Assembly (NCBI GenBank): GCA_046757025.1
Contig: JBHHXN010000005.1
Coordinates: forward strand, 1-64,000
DNA length: 64,000 bases
DNA from: a bacterium
GTDB taxonomy: Bacteria > Zhuqueibacterota > Zhuqueibacteria > Oceanimicrobiales > Oceanimicrobiaceae
Direction: 5' to 3'
Shown here: piece by piece, positions 29,994 to 40,391 of the stretch
Position numbering within the stretch: position 1 is the stretch's first letter
Layout: each line of letters opens with the position of its first letter
The notes under the pieces: model-generated
The model's database searches: none
What the model was told of the DNA's origin: nothing
What the model saw: only the letters and a program-made list of their open reading frames with translations
Position numbers and translations under genes: made by a program

Positions 29994-30087
29994 GTGGGAA
30001 CAAAAAAACAAGTGATTCATGAATTTAGTCAAAGTTTGGCGCGAGAAAACATGTTTCAGGGAACTTTGAAATGCATTCAAAGTAAGA

Positions 30088-30735
30088 TTGATGTGGTTTT
30101 TTAAAAAGCTGAAAATCATTGAATTACTAACTGTTTTTACACTCATGCCCGTCTTTTTTGGGGCAGAAATAAATAATTATCAACTTCTTGCCAGGCTGGC
30201 CGACAGCCTGCTGGAAGAAGTCGCACAAAACCAATTGGGGGATACGACAAATGTTGTTGCGATTCGCAGCTTAAATTCGAACGATTCTCTCAACTGGTTT
30301 ATTGAAGATCGATTAGCCGGCGTTTTACAAAAAAACAATGTACACAAGATCATTCTGCAGCAAGATGCAGATCTGCCTGATTCGGCAAAGATTATTTTTG
30401 AATTTATGCTCCTTTCCATTCAAATTAACTATGCCGAGTCAGATGAACAGGGTTTGACCAAAGAAGACGACCTCTATCGAACGGGTAAATTAATTTTGTT
30501 CGTGCGCATGTTGCGTGCTGAAACCGGCGAAATTATGTGGAGCGGTAACCGGGAGAAAGCGATAAGCGACTGGATAAGCGCAAAGTCGGTGCCGACTCTT
30601 GAAAATCCGAATTTACCTTTCACAAAAGGAAAATTCACTCGGAGTGAAAGGGAAAACAGCTTGATAAAGCCGTTGTTGATAACAGGTGTTACTGGATTGA
30701 TAGTATATTTATTTTATGCATTGCGAAGTCGATAA
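30088..30735 (+). CDS. Hypothetical membrane-anchored protein
   Basis: 215-aa ORF with N- and C-terminal hydrophobic segments, upstream of bamD. Confidence 0.6.
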   Translation: MMWFFKKLKIIELLTVFTLMPVFFGAEINNYQLLARLADSLLEEVAQNQLGDTTNVVAIRSLNSNDSLNWFIEDRLAGVLQKNNVHKIILQQDADLPDSAKIIFEFMLLSIQINYAESDEQGLTKEDDLYRTGKLILFVRMLRAETGEIMWSGNREKAISDWISAKSVPTLENPNLPFTKGKFTRSERENSLIKPLLITGVTGLIVYLFYALRSR

Positions 30736-30762
30736 CCAATTTAGAACTTACAAGGATATTGA

Positions 30763-31581
30763 ATGAAAGTAAAATCACTGTTAAAACTTTTCTATCTCTG
30801 TTTAATATTTTTATTCATCTTAACTTCTTGCCATTCTTATAAAATCAAAACAAACATTTCGGCCGATGAACGATTTGAACTGGCCAAGACCATGTTTAAG
30901 AATAAAGATTATTTTGATGCGAAAACTCAATTTAAAATATTAACCTTAAATAACCCCGGTGCCAAATACATCGATGAGGCGCAATATTTTCTCGGTGAAT
31001 GTCATTTCAATATGAAGGAATACATTTTAGCCGCGGATGAATATAACCGATTGCTGAGAAAATATCCTCGCAGCCAGTGGATTGACGATGCGCAATTCAA
31101 AATTGCCTTTTGCGATTTTAAACTCTCTCCGAAGCCCTCGCTGGATCAAAAATATACATTGGAAGCGGTAGAGAATTTTCAACGGTTTTTGGAAGATTTC
31201 CCGGATAGCGAGCTGAGGCCGGAGGCGGAAAAGATGTTGAAAATGTGCCGTACAAAATTGGCTGAGAAAGACTTTAAAACAGGTGAATTGTATCGGAAAT
31301 TGAGCGATCATTATGCAGCCCTGGTCTATTTCAACAGCGTTCTGGAAAGTTATTATGATACCAAGTTTGCGCAAGCGGCTTTGTTCTGGAAAGGTGAATC
31401 GCTGTATAAACTGGATCGGAAAACTGAAGCCGCCGAAGTTTTCAAAGAGTTTATTCAGAAATATACCCGGAGCAAATATCGAATGAAAGCTATCGAGCGC
31501 TTTAAGGAGTTGAAAGTGGCTTTAAAAAGCGCGCACGAAACAGACGGGGATGCGTCCTCAAAAAATAAATTTAACAATTAA
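30763..31581 (+). CDS. bamD: Outer membrane assembly lipoprotein BamD
   Basis: Lipobox LTSC, TPRs, LDQKYT..A...FQRFL..FP.S, KLAEKDF..G..Y. Confidence 0.88.
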   Translation: MKVKSLLKLFYLCLIFLFILTSCHSYKIKTNISADERFELAKTMFKNKDYFDAKTQFKILTLNNPGAKYIDEAQYFLGECHFNMKEYILAADEYNRLLRKYPRSQWIDDAQFKIAFCDFKLSPKPSLDQKYTLEAVENFQRFLEDFPDSELRPEAEKMLKMCRTKLAEKDFKTGELYRKLSDHYAALVYFNSVLESYYDTKFAQAALFWKGESLYKLDRKTEAAEVFKEFIQKYTRSKYRMKAIERFKELKVALKSAHETDGDASSKNKFNN

Positions 31582-31592
31582 ATAGTACTGTT

Positions 31593-32174
31593 TTGAAAAT
31601 CGGTTTATTTGGTGGGACATTTGATCCCATCCATTGTGCGCATTTGATCATCGCACAATTTATTAAGGAAGAGCTCGACATCAATAAGTTGATTTTTATT
31701 CCTTCCGGAATCCCCCCACATAAAGAAGTCTATTTGCCAGCCGAACAGCGGCTGAAAATGGTGCAGCTCTCGATTGAAGCATCGTCGGAGTTTGAATGTT
31801 CTTTGATAGAGATAGAAGCGCGCCAAACAACCTACACCGTTGATACGGTAAAAAAAATAAAATCACAGCTCAATGTTGCTAAGGAAGATTTGTACCTGAT
31901 AATCGGCGCCGACAACTTTATTGAACTTTCCAAATGGAAAAGTCCAGAGGAGTTGTTCGAGCTCTGTCAGGTAGTGGTATTTCCGCGCCATAAAATCACA
32001 TTTGAATCGGGACCGCCGGAGTTTCAAAAAAAGGCCATCTACCTGAAACAAGCCCCCATAATTGAAATATCTTCTACCCAAATTCGCTCTCTCATCATGC
32101 AAAGTCGTTCCATCAAATATTTTGTTCCACCTGCTGTTGAAGCCTACATTAAATCGTTTAAGCTCTACTCATAA
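31593..32174 (+). CDS. nadD: Nicotinate-nucleotide adenylyltransferase
   Basis: GLFGGTFDPIHCAH, PPHK, YTVDT, IIGAD, ISSTQIR. Confidence 0.95.
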   Translation: MKIGLFGGTFDPIHCAHLIIAQFIKEELDINKLIFIPSGIPPHKEVYLPAEQRLKMVQLSIEASSEFECSLIEIEARQTTYTVDTVKKIKSQLNVAKEDLYLIIGADNFIELSKWKSPEELFELCQVVVFPRHKITFESGPPEFQKKAIYLKQAPIIEISSTQIRSLIMQSRSIKYFVPPAVEAYIKSFKLYS

Positions 32175-32286
32175 GTGCTGAAATAACAGTATATTAATAC
32201 TGTGAGATTGCCAGTTTTCGTGAAATAAAAAATGCTTGCATTTGAGTTGTGAAAATATTACTTTTGGGGCACTGAGGGAGGCGGAA

Positions 32287-32913
32287 ATGGTATACTGGAT
32301 TTCCTGTTTTTTGTTTAGAATAATCGTCCAGATTTTTTTTCGTGGCAAATGTTACGGCCGCGATAATTTGCCCGAAAAAGGACCTTATATCGCCATCATC
32401 AATCACAGCAGCTTGTTTGACATTCCGGCGCTGGCAATGGTAGTGAGAGGAAAAGTTACCACCATGGTTAAGGATTCGCTGTTTCAGGTTCCCATACTAA
32501 ACTGGTGGTTACGAGCGGTTCACATGTTTCCAGTAAAACGCGGCCAGTCAGACGAGCAAGCCTTCAACCACGCGGCGGAAATGCTCAAAAAAGGATTTAT
32601 ACTTTTTATGTCACCCGAAGGTACCAGAAAATACGATCCGGCAAATCCTCCCAGAGCTCACACCGGTTTTATTCGATTGGCGCAAATCGCGAATTGTCCT
32701 GTTGTCCCGATTGCCATTACCGGCACGCGCGATGTGTTACCCCCGGGGGCTAAGTTTCCCAAATTCGTGCAAATAAAAACCAAAGTTGGGAAGCAAATTC
32801 AATTTGAGAAAGTCGCGGCGTCCTTAAATAATCGGGAGAAACTGCAAAAGCAAGCAAACGAAGCCATGCAGAAAGTATATCAACTTAGAAAAGAGCTAAA
32901 TAATTTGCATTAA
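32287..32913 (+). CDS. plsC: 1-acyl-sn-glycerol-3-phosphate acyltransferase family
   Basis: NHSSLFD (HxxxxD), FPVKRG, PEGTR, VVPIAITG; start adjusted. Confidence 0.88.
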   Translation: MVYWISCFLFRIIVQIFFRGKCYGRDNLPEKGPYIAIINHSSLFDIPALAMVVRGKVTTMVKDSLFQVPILNWWLRAVHMFPVKRGQSDEQAFNHAAEMLKKGFILFMSPEGTRKYDPANPPRAHTGFIRLAQIANCPVVPIAITGTRDVLPPGAKFPKFVQIKTKVGKQIQFEKVAASLNNREKLQKQANEAMQKVYQLRKELNNLH

Positions 32914-32957
32914 TTACATGAAGTGTAAAGATGTGGTTAAATTTAGTGGAGGAGTTG

Positions 32958-33239
32958 ATGAAAGGCTCAATGGATAAAAATCATCGCATCATAAATCGTA
33001 TCCTACTTAGCAATGACAATGGGGAACACTTGGTGAATGAGTTCGATGATGATGATGGGATTGAAGATTGGGAAGAAGAAGATTGGGATGATGAAGTGGA
33101 CGATCTGGAAGATGATTTCGATGACGACGATGATGACTTTGATGATGAAGACGATTTCGATGATTTCGAAGACGAAGAAGACTTATTTCATGATGAAGAT
33201 TGGGAGGACGAGGACTGGGGTCAGGAAGATTGGAACTGA
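32958..33239 (+). CDS. Hyperacidic low-complexity protein
   Basis: SD GGAGGAG before the ATG; D/E-rich tract punctuated by W/F. Confidence 0.65.
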   Translation: MKGSMDKNHRIINRILLSNDNGEHLVNEFDDDDGIEDWEEEDWDDEVDDLEDDFDDDDDDFDDEDDFDDFEDEEDLFHDEDWEDEDWGQEDWN

Positions 33240-33259
33240 GGTAGAGGCCTTCTCGAGTT

Positions 33260-33700
33260 TTGATTAAAAGAAAATATCCAAATCAACCGGTTGTGGCCGT
33301 TGGGGCAGTGATTATTTCAGATGGCCGTATTTTACTGGTACAAAGAAAAAACGAGCCCCAGGCAAAATATTGGACGCTGCCAGGTGGAGTTGTTGAAATA
33401 GGTGAACAAGTCAAATCAGCATTAGTGCGCGAAGTAAAAGAAGAGTGCGGAGTTTTAATCAGACCAGGAAAGTTGATTGAAGCCATCGATTACATCGTGA
33501 AGGATCAAGATGATAAAATTCATTACCATTATATTATTTTGGATTTTGAAGCAGAAATACTACAGGGCGAGCTGACGCCGGGTTCGGATTGCGAGGAGCT
33601 TAATTGGTTTAACAAAGAGCAGTTAGCAGAGTTAAACTTATCTGAAATTACCAAGATGTTTTTTAAGAGAAATTATCAAGTGGAATTTCAAAGCCAATAA
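33260..33700 (+). CDS. NUDIX hydrolase
   Basis: Nudix box GGVVEIGE....ALVREVKEECG. Confidence 0.92.
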   Translation: MIKRKYPNQPVVAVGAVIISDGRILLVQRKNEPQAKYWTLPGGVVEIGEQVKSALVREVKEECGVLIRPGKLIEAIDYIVKDQDDKIHYHYIILDFEAEILQGELTPGSDCEELNWFNKEQLAELNLSEITKMFFKRNYQVEFQSQ

Positions 33701-33795
33701 ATCAATCCACCTATCTTCTTGATTTTTTCTATGGATGACTCGCTTGCCACGAATCACTCGATCAGGGACTCAAAGAAAATCAAACTCAGGAAACG

Positions 33796-34302
33796 ATGAA
33801 ATATTTTGCAAAACTGGCGGGTCTGGAGCACGAGATTGAAATCAACGATTCCGATGAACAAATTTCCGTTTCGTTGAATGGCAAAACAACTCCGGTAGAA
33901 ATTCAACGCATCGACGGCAGCCATATTTATTCATTGATAATGGACGGCCATTCTTATCAATTGTACATTGAGCCTCAAGGAAATTCCTATCTGGTCGCGC
34001 TGAATGGCAAAAAATATTCCATCGCTGTTGAGGATGAAAAAGCTCGTCGACTGAAAAGCCTCATAAAAAGTGAAGAAAAGCACCAGGGTGAGGTAAAAAT
34101 AAAAGCTCCTATGCCGGGTTTGATTGTCAAGATCACCGTGCAGGAGGGGCAGGAGATAAAAAGCGGCGATCGGTTGTTGATCATCGAAGCCATGAAAATG
34201 GAAAATGAGATTCGATCACACGTGGATGGCCGGGTTAAAAAAATCTGCATAGCTGAAAATGATTCCGTGGAGAAGGATGTGCTGCTGATGATTTTGGTTT
34301 GA
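33796..34302 (+). CDS. Biotin carboxyl carrier protein
   Basis: IKAPMPG, IEAMKMENEI biotinylation motif. Confidence 0.9.
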   Translation: MKYFAKLAGLEHEIEINDSDEQISVSLNGKTTPVEIQRIDGSHIYSLIMDGHSYQLYIEPQGNSYLVALNGKKYSIAVEDEKARRLKSLIKSEEKHQGEVKIKAPMPGLIVKITVQEGQEIKSGDRLLIIEAMKMENEIRSHVDGRVKKICIAENDSVEKDVLLMILV

Positions 34303-34375
34303 TTTTTTTTATTTTGTCGTTCTGCATTACAAAGAAAATTTTTGTGTTGTAAAATTTGAAGGAAATGCCTATATA

Positions 34376-34522
34376 GTGTCTGAACGAAAATTCGAAAATT
34401 TGCCATAATAAATCTCTTATGCGAAGGCGTTCCTTCGACAAAGCTCAGGACAAACCCCGTCGAGTTTAACAGGGATTCGCTCTCGGCCAGGACGCCGCCG
34501 GCAAAGGACGAGGTCCAGACAC
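34376..34522. mobile_element. Family-F MITE-like element, degenerate (copy F1)
   Basis: Begins GTGTCTGAACGAAAA and ends CCAGACAC; colinear similarity to 51893-52048; TSD not preserved. Confidence 0.65.
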
Positions 34523-34611
34523 TTGATAAGGAGGGGCAGCCTTTTCAAACCTTGAGTAGAATTTCGCACAACTCGCTCTGATTCTCATCTATTATTTTAT
34601 TACAGGATTTT

Positions 34612-35346
34612 ATGTCCAAAAAAACCATCGGTATTTTGGGAGGCATGGGGCCGGCAGCCACCGTTTACTTTATTCAAAAAGTGGTTGAATTGACGCCGGC
34701 AACAATCGATCAGGAGCACATCCCCATGATCGTTTTCAACAATCCCGAAATCCCGGACCGTACCCAAGCCATTATCGGGGATGGCGAGAATCCCAGTAAA
34801 GCCCTGGAGCGAGGCATTGATTTGCTAGTGAACGCCGGCGCCGATTTTATTTGTGTACCTTGCAACACGGCTCATTATTTCTTGAAAGATGTGATCAAAA
34901 GGAAAGATATCCTTTTTCTCGATTTGATCGATTGCGTGGTGGAAGATACGCTGAACACGGCGCCGGCTATTGCCAAAGCCGGCGTGCTGGCCACACGAGG
35001 CACCATCGCCAGCCGCTTGTATCAGGACGCTTTTCACGAGCACGGAGTCGCAACGGAAGTACCGAATGAACTTGAAATGCTTGACTTGCAGAAAGCGATT
35101 CGCGGATTGAAAAATAAAGAAAAAGAGAGTACCGTGATCAACAAAATGGCGGAACACCTGATGGCAAAAGGCAGCCAGGCCATCATACTGGGCTGCACAG
35201 AACTCAGTCTCGTCGCCGATTCTTTGCGAGTGAAAGTACCGGTGATCGATTCAACCGAAGTGCTTGCGAAAAAAGTCATTGCAGCCGCGTTGCAAACACA
35301 AGCTTTACCGGTTGGGTCACGGCCATCACGATGGTTTTTACCTTAA
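34612..35346 (+). CDS. Aspartate/glutamate racemase family protein
   Basis: IGILGGMGPAAT, IPDRT, both catalytic Cys (PCNTAH, LGCTEL). Confidence 0.92.
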   Translation: MSKKTIGILGGMGPAATVYFIQKVVELTPATIDQEHIPMIVFNNPEIPDRTQAIIGDGENPSKALERGIDLLVNAGADFICVPCNTAHYFLKDVIKRKDILFLDLIDCVVEDTLNTAPAIAKAGVLATRGTIASRLYQDAFHEHGVATEVPNELEMLDLQKAIRGLKNKEKESTVINKMAEHLMAKGSQAIILGCTELSLVADSLRVKVPVIDSTEVLAKKVIAAALQTQALPVGSRPSRWFLP

Positions 35347-35365
35347 TTTTGCACATATCATAGTC

Positions 35366-35489
35366 AAAACCCCGATTTTCCTAATTGTTAGTGGAATATA
35401 AGCTTAATCTATTTGGTCTGAACAACCATGGAATTATCTTCTAAATTTTCAAGAACTTCTGGATTCTATCGTGCGAAATCGGGGTATTT
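35366..35489. repeat. Inverted repeat pair, possible decayed MITE
   Basis: aaaaccccgattt / aaatcggggtattt. Confidence 0.35.
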
Positions 35490-35521
35490 CCTGAAATCTG
35501 AATTAAGCGAAATGCACTAAT

Positions 35522-38521
35522 TTGATGAATAACAAAATTAAAATTCTGCCACAGTCACTGAGCATTTCTATTGTGATTTTCGCCGCTTTGATTTTATACT
35601 CTGCCGACGGTGAAAAAGTAAATCTGCCAAAGTCTTCGCAGTTTTTACAAGCAGTTGAGCAAGGTCGGGCTAAAAGCAGTGCGCAGTATCAATCTCACTC
35701 GATCTGCGGCAGCGCTCTTCTACCACCGGATACCATCCTGCTCAAAGATCCCAAATCGGGCTATCCAACCATCAACATAAGGATACCGCAGGATGACGTG
35801 GGCGATATCAGAACCTTCAATGCGGTGGATTTCACCAATGAAAATCAGGAAGTAAAACAAATCGTCGCCAGGGCGGAGAGCAAGGGCAGACATGCCTATA
35901 TTTATGTGGACACCACCGCCACTTATAAAGCCGAAGATCTGGAGGATATTCTTGCGTTTTTCGATGACCACATTTATGATCGAAATATCCAGGTATTTGG
36001 TTCGGAGCCCCGTCCAGGCATTGATGGCGATTTTTTAATCACCATATTATTTTTAGAGATTGAAACCCCGGAAAATATAACGGGGGATATCGCGGGTTAT
36101 TTCTGGCCGGTAAATCAATCTCCAAAGAGTGAGAACGCCAATAGCAACGAAAGAGAAATGCTGTATGTCGATATCGGGCGTTTAACGCGTTTTGGCGTGG
36201 AAGATGTGTTGGGAACCATCGCGCACGAGATGCAGCATTTGATTCACTGGAATCACGATAGAAACGAAGAAACCTGGATAAATGAAGGGTTGGCTGAGTA
36301 TGCCATTTTTGTGAATGAGCTGCCGTTGAACAATCCCCCCAATTTATTTTTAGACGATACCGATAACAACCTGACCAACTGGACTGGCCAGCCACGCGAT
36401 TATGCTCGTTCCTTTCTCTGGTTTTTGTATTTGGCGGATCACTATGGCGGCAATTCGCTAATTCGAAATATAGTGGCAAATTCCGGCAAAGGCATGACCG
36501 CGCTGCAGTCCGTTTTGATTTCTTCTGGCATGGAAACCACCACCGACGAGATTTTTTCCAATTGGATTGTGGCTAATTATTTGGATGGCATTTCCGCTGA
36601 AAATGAACTGTATGAATATAAATCCATGCGGCTTGGGCCGCTTCGTCCAACCCAAATTTTTGGATTTTTACCAGTTAGCACGCGAGCAGCGAATGTCAAT
36701 GCTTACGCCGCAGATTATTACCTGTTCAACGGTGGGGAAAATTTAGTTCTGCACATCGACGGTCCTAACCTCAACCCAAATTTTCAAGTTAAAGGTATCA
36801 AAATTTTCGCTCACGCACCGGCGCAAGTAATCGATATCCCGTTAGACAACGTGGGTCGGGGCGATTGGCCGCTGCCCGAATTCGGAATTAGTTTTAATAA
36901 ATTTGTGCTCGTTCCTTATTATTTACAAAAACCAACTTTTGGCGCGCTTGCCGATTACAAATTTGATGCGGAAGGAACAGGCGGACCTTCTGCGTTTGTG
37001 GATACGTTACAGTATCACGACACGGATAGCAGGTTGATCATCTCATTGGGCTTGCCTTCACCTTTGATCAATTCCAATCATTTCGACTCGTATGCCGTCC
37101 GTTTTACGCCCCACTCTGATGGCAATTTGTTGAGCATGGAATTTGCTTTATGGAATCGCATCGGTTCGGATGGGGCGGTGAGAATTTTCGTTTACACGGA
37201 CAGCGGCGACAGTGTGGCCGTACCGCTGTCAAAAGTGGATTCCGTGGATGTGTCGGATGCCACCGGTACGCCGAGTACCATCACCTGGAACCGTGTGGAT
37301 TTTAGCGGTAAAAATGTATCTGTAAAAAAGGGCGAAGATTTTCATCTGGCCATGGAATTTGTTGATCACAGCCTGGGCGATACGGTTTTCGCCATTCTGG
37401 ATACAGCAAAAGTCTCCACCAACCGTTCCTCGGTTTATGTGCGGGAAGAACAACGGTGGGCGCATTTTGTAGGGGGATTTAATTTCTTCATGCGGGCTAT
37501 GGTTTCCATTCCCGCGGATCCAACCGTGCCACAAATCACTTCTGGCATCCTGCAAAATCCCGTGTTCAATAAAGAGCTGGACATTTTTGCCATCAGCGAA
37601 AAGAGTCTCAATCCTTCCAGCGTGGAAGGTACGTTCACGTTGAACGATTCCAGCACCGTGCTGCATTTTGTGGCGGTGGATGATTCCAACAAGGTCTTTA
37701 TTGAGGATGATTTCCATCTATTCGGTGACGGTCCTGCTACATTGGTGGTTTCGGGCCGGCACGCGTATGGCACCATTGCGGGTACCGATACCCTCAGCCT
37801 CAACGTGGATTTTATCAACTATCAAACCGCCGGTACCGTCACCAGCTCCGATGAATATTTTCAATTGCATCTGATTGAAAACACGCTGGTGGGAAATACC
37901 TATTTCACCACTTTTGCCATGGACGATAATTTTCAGCTAAATGAAAATGAGAAACTGTTAGCCAGTGATCTCATCCCCACCGGCCTGGCTTATACGGTCG
38001 CTCCAGACGGGATGACTTTTGAGAAAATGGTTGAGCTGCAAATTTATTATGCTGACAATGAAACGGCCATGCTCTCGGAAAACGATTTGGAGGTGGCTTT
38101 TTGGGATGACGGCAGATGGGTACTTTTGGGCGGGGAGTTGTATCGGGAGAAAAAATATATTTCTGTGCTGGTGAATCGCACGGGTAATTATCAGTTGGTG
38201 GCTAAAAAATACCAGCAGCCGGAAAGTGAAAATCCCGCTCCAATCCGTTTTTATTTGCAGCAAAATTATCCCAATCCGTTCAACCCCAAAACAACCATCA
38301 AATTTGGGCTGCCCAGAACGGTTCACACCATTATTCGCATAATCAATTTAAAAGGACAAATCATTTCTGTGTTGGTGGATGAGGTTCAAAATGCCGGCGA
38401 GCACATCATCGAATGGGATGGCACCGACGACAAAAACGTTCGCGTGGCCAGCGGCGTTTATCTCTATCAAATTCAAGCGGATGATTTTGTGGATACCCGC
38501 AAACTGGTCCTGGTGAAATAA
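35522..38521 (+). CDS. Large secreted zinc metallopeptidase (M30/M6-like) with FlgD-Ig/T9SS-like C-terminus
   Basis: FGSE..PGIDGD, AGYF..NQ..SNEREM, TIAHEMQHLIH, WINEGLAEYA; C-terminal QNYPNPFNP..WDG..VASGVY. Confidence 0.8.
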   Translation: MMNNKIKILPQSLSISIVIFAALILYSADGEKVNLPKSSQFLQAVEQGRAKSSAQYQSHSICGSALLPPDTILLKDPKSGYPTINIRIPQDDVGDIRTFNAVDFTNENQEVKQIVARAESKGRHAYIYVDTTATYKAEDLEDILAFFDDHIYDRNIQVFGSEPRPGIDGDFLITILFLEIETPENITGDIAGYFWPVNQSPKSENANSNEREMLYVDIGRLTRFGVEDVLGTIAHEMQHLIHWNHDRNEETWINEGLAEYAIFVNELPLNNPPNLFLDDTDNNLTNWTGQPRDYARSFLWFLYLADHYGGNSLIRNIVANSGKGMTALQSVLISSGMETTTDEIFSNWIVANYLDGISAENELYEYKSMRLGPLRPTQIFGFLPVSTRAANVNAYAADYYLFNGGENLVLHIDGPNLNPNFQVKGIKIFAHAPAQVIDIPLDNVGRGDWPLPEFGISFNKFVLVPYYLQKPTFGALADYKFDAEGTGGPSAFVDTLQYHDTDSRLIISLGLPSPLINSNHFDSYAVRFTPHSDGNLLSMEFALWNRIGSDGAVRIFVYTDSGDSVAVPLSKVDSVDVSDATGTPSTITWNRVDFSGKNVSVKKGEDFHLAMEFVDHSLGDTVFAILDTAKVSTNRSSVYVREEQRWAHFVGGFNFFMRAMVSIPADPTVPQITSGILQNPVFNKELDIFAISEKSLNPSSVEGTFTLNDSSTVLHFVAVDDSNKVFIEDDFHLFGDGPATLVVSGRHAYGTIAGTDTLSLNVDFINYQTAGTVTSSDEYFQLHLIENTLVGNTYFTTFAMDDNFQLNENEKLLASDLIPTGLAYTVAPDGMTFEKMVELQIYYADNETAMLSENDLEVAFWDDGRWVLLGGELYREKKYISVLVNRTGNYQLVAKKYQQPESENPAPIRFYLQQNYPNPFNPKTTIKFGLPRTVHTIIRIINLKGQIISVLVDEVQNAGEHIIEWDGTDDKNVRVASGVYLYQIQADDFVDTRKLVLVK

Positions 38522-38531
38522 ACTGAGGTTT

Positions 38532-39131
38532 ATGATGTCGATCAAGCTGTTCCGCCATTTTATCATCGGATTCGCCACACTATTTTTGCTTGCTCATTGC
38601 AGCGAGCAGGGGGTATCGCCAAATTTAAAGGAGGCCAGCGAATTGACCGCAGAAGGCTGGCAGGCGTTTGAGAATGGCGAATACGGGATGGCAGCCGCCA
38701 AGTTTGATTCAGCCATCCAGTCCGATGCAAATTTTGTGGATGCCTACAACGGCGCCGGTTGGGCTTACAGCCGGCTTGAGGAATTTAATCTGGCGCTGAA
38801 TAAATTTGAAACCGCTTTGAGTAAGACCGCCGATTTGATCGAAGCGCAAGCAGGTACGGTTTTGCTGTTCCACGTTTTGAATCGATTTGAGGAAGCCATT
38901 GAGGCCGCTCTGGCGCTTTTAGAAGTGGCGCCCAACTTTATGTTTTCGCATGACCCCGCCATCGATTCGTTGGACATTCGAATCACCCTGGCCATCAGCT
39001 TTTATTCAGTGGGCGACTTTGCCCGTTCCGCTGGGCAGATGGATATCATCGATCCGGACAATAAACCGCACTCTACTGAGCCGGACGGCTTGATTAAAGA
39101 AATTATGCGCTTTTTCGGGTTGATTCGATAA
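38532..39131 (+). CDS. TPR-containing lipoprotein
   Basis: Signal peptide with LAHC; TPR-like helices (DAYNGAGWAY). Confidence 0.75.
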   Translation: MMSIKLFRHFIIGFATLFLLAHCSEQGVSPNLKEASELTAEGWQAFENGEYGMAAAKFDSAIQSDANFVDAYNGAGWAYSRLEEFNLALNKFETALSKTADLIEAQAGTVLLFHVLNRFEEAIEAALALLEVAPNFMFSHDPAIDSLDIRITLAISFYSVGDFARSAGQMDIIDPDNKPHSTEPDGLIKEIMRFFGLIR

Positions 39132-39259
39132 CGGCCCGCATAACCGGCGCTGCCATTCAGGTCACGTAACTTGCATAAAAGACATAACTTGCGGCAATGC
39201 TCCAAACTTAAAAATTACGCCAGAATGGCAGCGTCCGAGTTATAATGCGGTTGTTAGGT
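39126..39259 (-). mobile_element. Integron attC recombination site
   Basis: Minus strand: R'' ACCTAAC, CCGCAT..AAC-T-CGG-A-CGCTGCCATTC ... GAATGGCAGCG-CCG-GTT-ATGCGG, R' GTTATCG; 134 bp, starting 18 nt after the stop of 39278-40108. Confidence 0.8.
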
Positions 39260-39277
39260 GTTAAATTCATGTTCCAC

Positions 39278-40108
39278 TTACAAAGGGACATTCTGCTTTA
39301 TCTCCTCATACCGCCGTGTAGCAAGCTCTGAAGGCTCGCCTTTCTTGCAAAAAGATAGTTGAGCAAGGCTTCTATGTGGCCGTTCGACTACGATTCTGCC
39401 GCCCTCATCCAACTTGGAGTCCAATGCGCTCAATGCTTCTAAAAATCGTTTATCCTCTTTCGCATAATTATAAAAAGATAGTACATAAACATAATAGAAG
39501 AGATTATACCGTAGGAATGGATACTCAACTTGCATGAACAGTGTACCGATTCCGAAGTGACAGGGTCCAATCGGTCGCTTCACCATCCAGTGGTCAAGCA
39601 GCGACTCTACTGCCCGGTCTAGAGCTGGATTCTTGTTGAGATGTTCCGTAAAGCGAAACGCATCCAAGACAAAAATTGTGACACCGGGATTTGAGAATTC
39701 TGTTTCTGGTCCTCGTCCGCCTGAGAACTTTTTACAGCGCCAGCCACCGTCGTTGTGTTGAATTTCAAACAAATGATCGAATGTCCGTTGAAGTTTCCGG
39801 TCTTTAGACATGCCGAATCGACATAGAACTCTGATCGCATTTGCTGTATGGCACGGATAGATCGCTCCTCTTGGTGCAACTCGGAACCGGCCATCGTCTC
39901 GCCAAGTATCCAGAATCTGCTGGAGAGCGCCTTTAACTGCCTCGTGAGTACGAGCAACTTGTAGTTCATGGAGAATCAAGGGAGACTCAAGCGTGCTAAA
40001 GGGAGTACCAACTCCGATGCGGCCGTCTACACTGGCCCAATAATCACCACCATTTTGATGCCGTTTGGCAAGGATGGCTTCGATATCAGTGATGTGCTTC
40101 TTACTCAA
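39278..40108 (-). CDS. Prenyltransferase/squalene-cyclase-repeat-like protein (gene-cassette ORF)
   Basis: QHNDGGW and RHQNGGDYW QW-like repeats, EYPFLRYNLFYYVYVLS; followed by attC. Confidence 0.7.
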   Translation of the reverse strand: MSKKHITDIEAILAKRHQNGGDYWASVDGRIGVGTPFSTLESPLILHELQVARTHEAVKGALQQILDTWRDDGRFRVAPRGAIYPCHTANAIRVLCRFGMSKDRKLQRTFDHLFEIQHNDGGWRCKKFSGGRGPETEFSNPGVTIFVLDAFRFTEHLNKNPALDRAVESLLDHWMVKRPIGPCHFGIGTLFMQVEYPFLRYNLFYYVYVLSFYNYAKEDKRFLEALSALDSKLDEGGRIVVERPHRSLAQLSFCKKGEPSELATRRYEEIKQNVPL

Positions 40109-40356
40109 GATTTGATATCCTCACATCATTTTATCGTTTCGTTGCCACCTAGTACCGTTTCTGGAATTCATGCAATATGTAAGGATCTCCAGAAACTGGA
40201 TAACACCAATATATTTAATGTACTATCAAAATTCAATAAAAATATGGCTTCATATAAAAAACGTGAGATTCCTGCACAGGAAACACCCCTTTATCTTGTA
40301 CTATTTAATATTTTTCGCGAAGAGGTATCGATCAAAATCAGTTTCGCAATTCTTGA

Positions 40357-40391
40357 AAAAAAAAGGCGCCAATCCTGTTATGGCGCCTTTT
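40357..40391. terminator. Bidirectional intrinsic terminator downstream of nrdJ
   Basis: A-run, ggcgcca..tggcgcc, T-run. Confidence 0.7.

Noticed and set aside
33040..33235. Trinucleotide microsatellite or CRISPR-like repeat
   Set aside because: Mixed Asp/Glu codons within an ORF; no repeat-spacer periodicity.
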